A stretch of 63,218 nucleotides of DNA, the filler included, from Choristocarpus tenellus KU-1152 (taxonomy: Eukaryota > Protista > Phaeophyceae): the NCBI GenBank assembly GCA_964200185.2. It is 9 parts of 9 records of this genome, joined end to end, with 100 filler letters (N's around TTAATTAATTAA, not from the genome) between each part and the next. Parts side by side here need not be neighbours in the genome. Positions count along the whole stretch, not along the records: positions 59,600 to 63,218 come from CAXNAD020018922.1; 8 more parts are not named here. One strand, 5' to 3'. The notes beneath the pieces are model-generated. The model was not told the DNA's origin, did not search any database, and saw only the letters and a list, made by a program, of their open reading frames with translations. The position numbers were made by a program, and so were the translations under genes. Position 1 is the stretch's first letter. Every line of letters begins with the position of its first letter. Of this stretch, positions 62,761-63,218 are shown one piece after another.

Positions 62761-63218
62761 AGTTGCATTTGATTTGCTCTTTGTGTCTATGTAGGCATAC
62801 CATCTTGACTTAGCACAATGTCTTCCTCAATTTCGTGCCATAAAGGCGTGTTTTGGGCAGTGCTTTGCAGACGAACTTTTGATATGGATAGATACTCATG
62901 CCAACGGTGGTGAAAACCAGATTTATGGTCAGAGAAAGCCAGTGCCCTTTCCGTGTATATCTTGTACACTTGGGTTATGCCGTGCGAGGTGAAAGGTTGC
63001 TGTCTCGCTCCTGTTGTCACACTCGGACCATCACACTTCCCTGGACAACAATATCAGTATGGACATCACCTTCGTAGAATAATTTGTGGCATTGTGGATC
63101 TAGATGGGCCGAAAAGAGGAAGGGTCTATGCTTTGGTTGTCACAAGGTGAAAGCATCTGGGGGGGGGGGGGGGGGGGTTGGTGAAGGGGGTTGTTTGTCG
63201 TTAAAAAAAATATTTTTT

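Overview
Eukaryotic nuclear DNA, most likely a photosynthetic stramenopile (brown-alga-like). This is inferred from an ASAFAP-type plastid presequence and intron-rich genes. The window is not one locus: it is nine contigs joined by artificial 100-nt N44-TTAATTAATTAA-N44 linkers. It holds one complete 17-exon gene for a plastid-targeted ClpB/Hsp100 (26441-35660, +, 943 aa by manual splicing). It also holds three partial spliced genes: importin-4-like (44-3246, +, includes a GC-AG intron), an HPS5-like alpha-solenoid candidate (50689-53910, -), and a USP9X/24/34-like deubiquitinase N-terminal region (56216-59499, -). The rest is mostly decayed transposable elements and simple repeats: a pogo/Tigger element with two nested MITEs, a high-copy MITE family with 3-bp TSDs, RLE-type non-LTR retrotransposon copies sharing a 3' stem-loop, DIRS/Ngaro remnants, Ty3/gypsy and Ty1/copia remnants, a mariner DD39D-like remnant, and tRNA-derived sequences. 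TE remnants show recurrent CpG-type transitions, suggesting a lineage with cytosine methylation. I found no convincing wholly new biological system. The best leads are the methylation footprint, the nested pogo/MITE architecture, the LINE 3' stem-loop micro-insertions and a tRNA-Ile(GAT)-like sequence.
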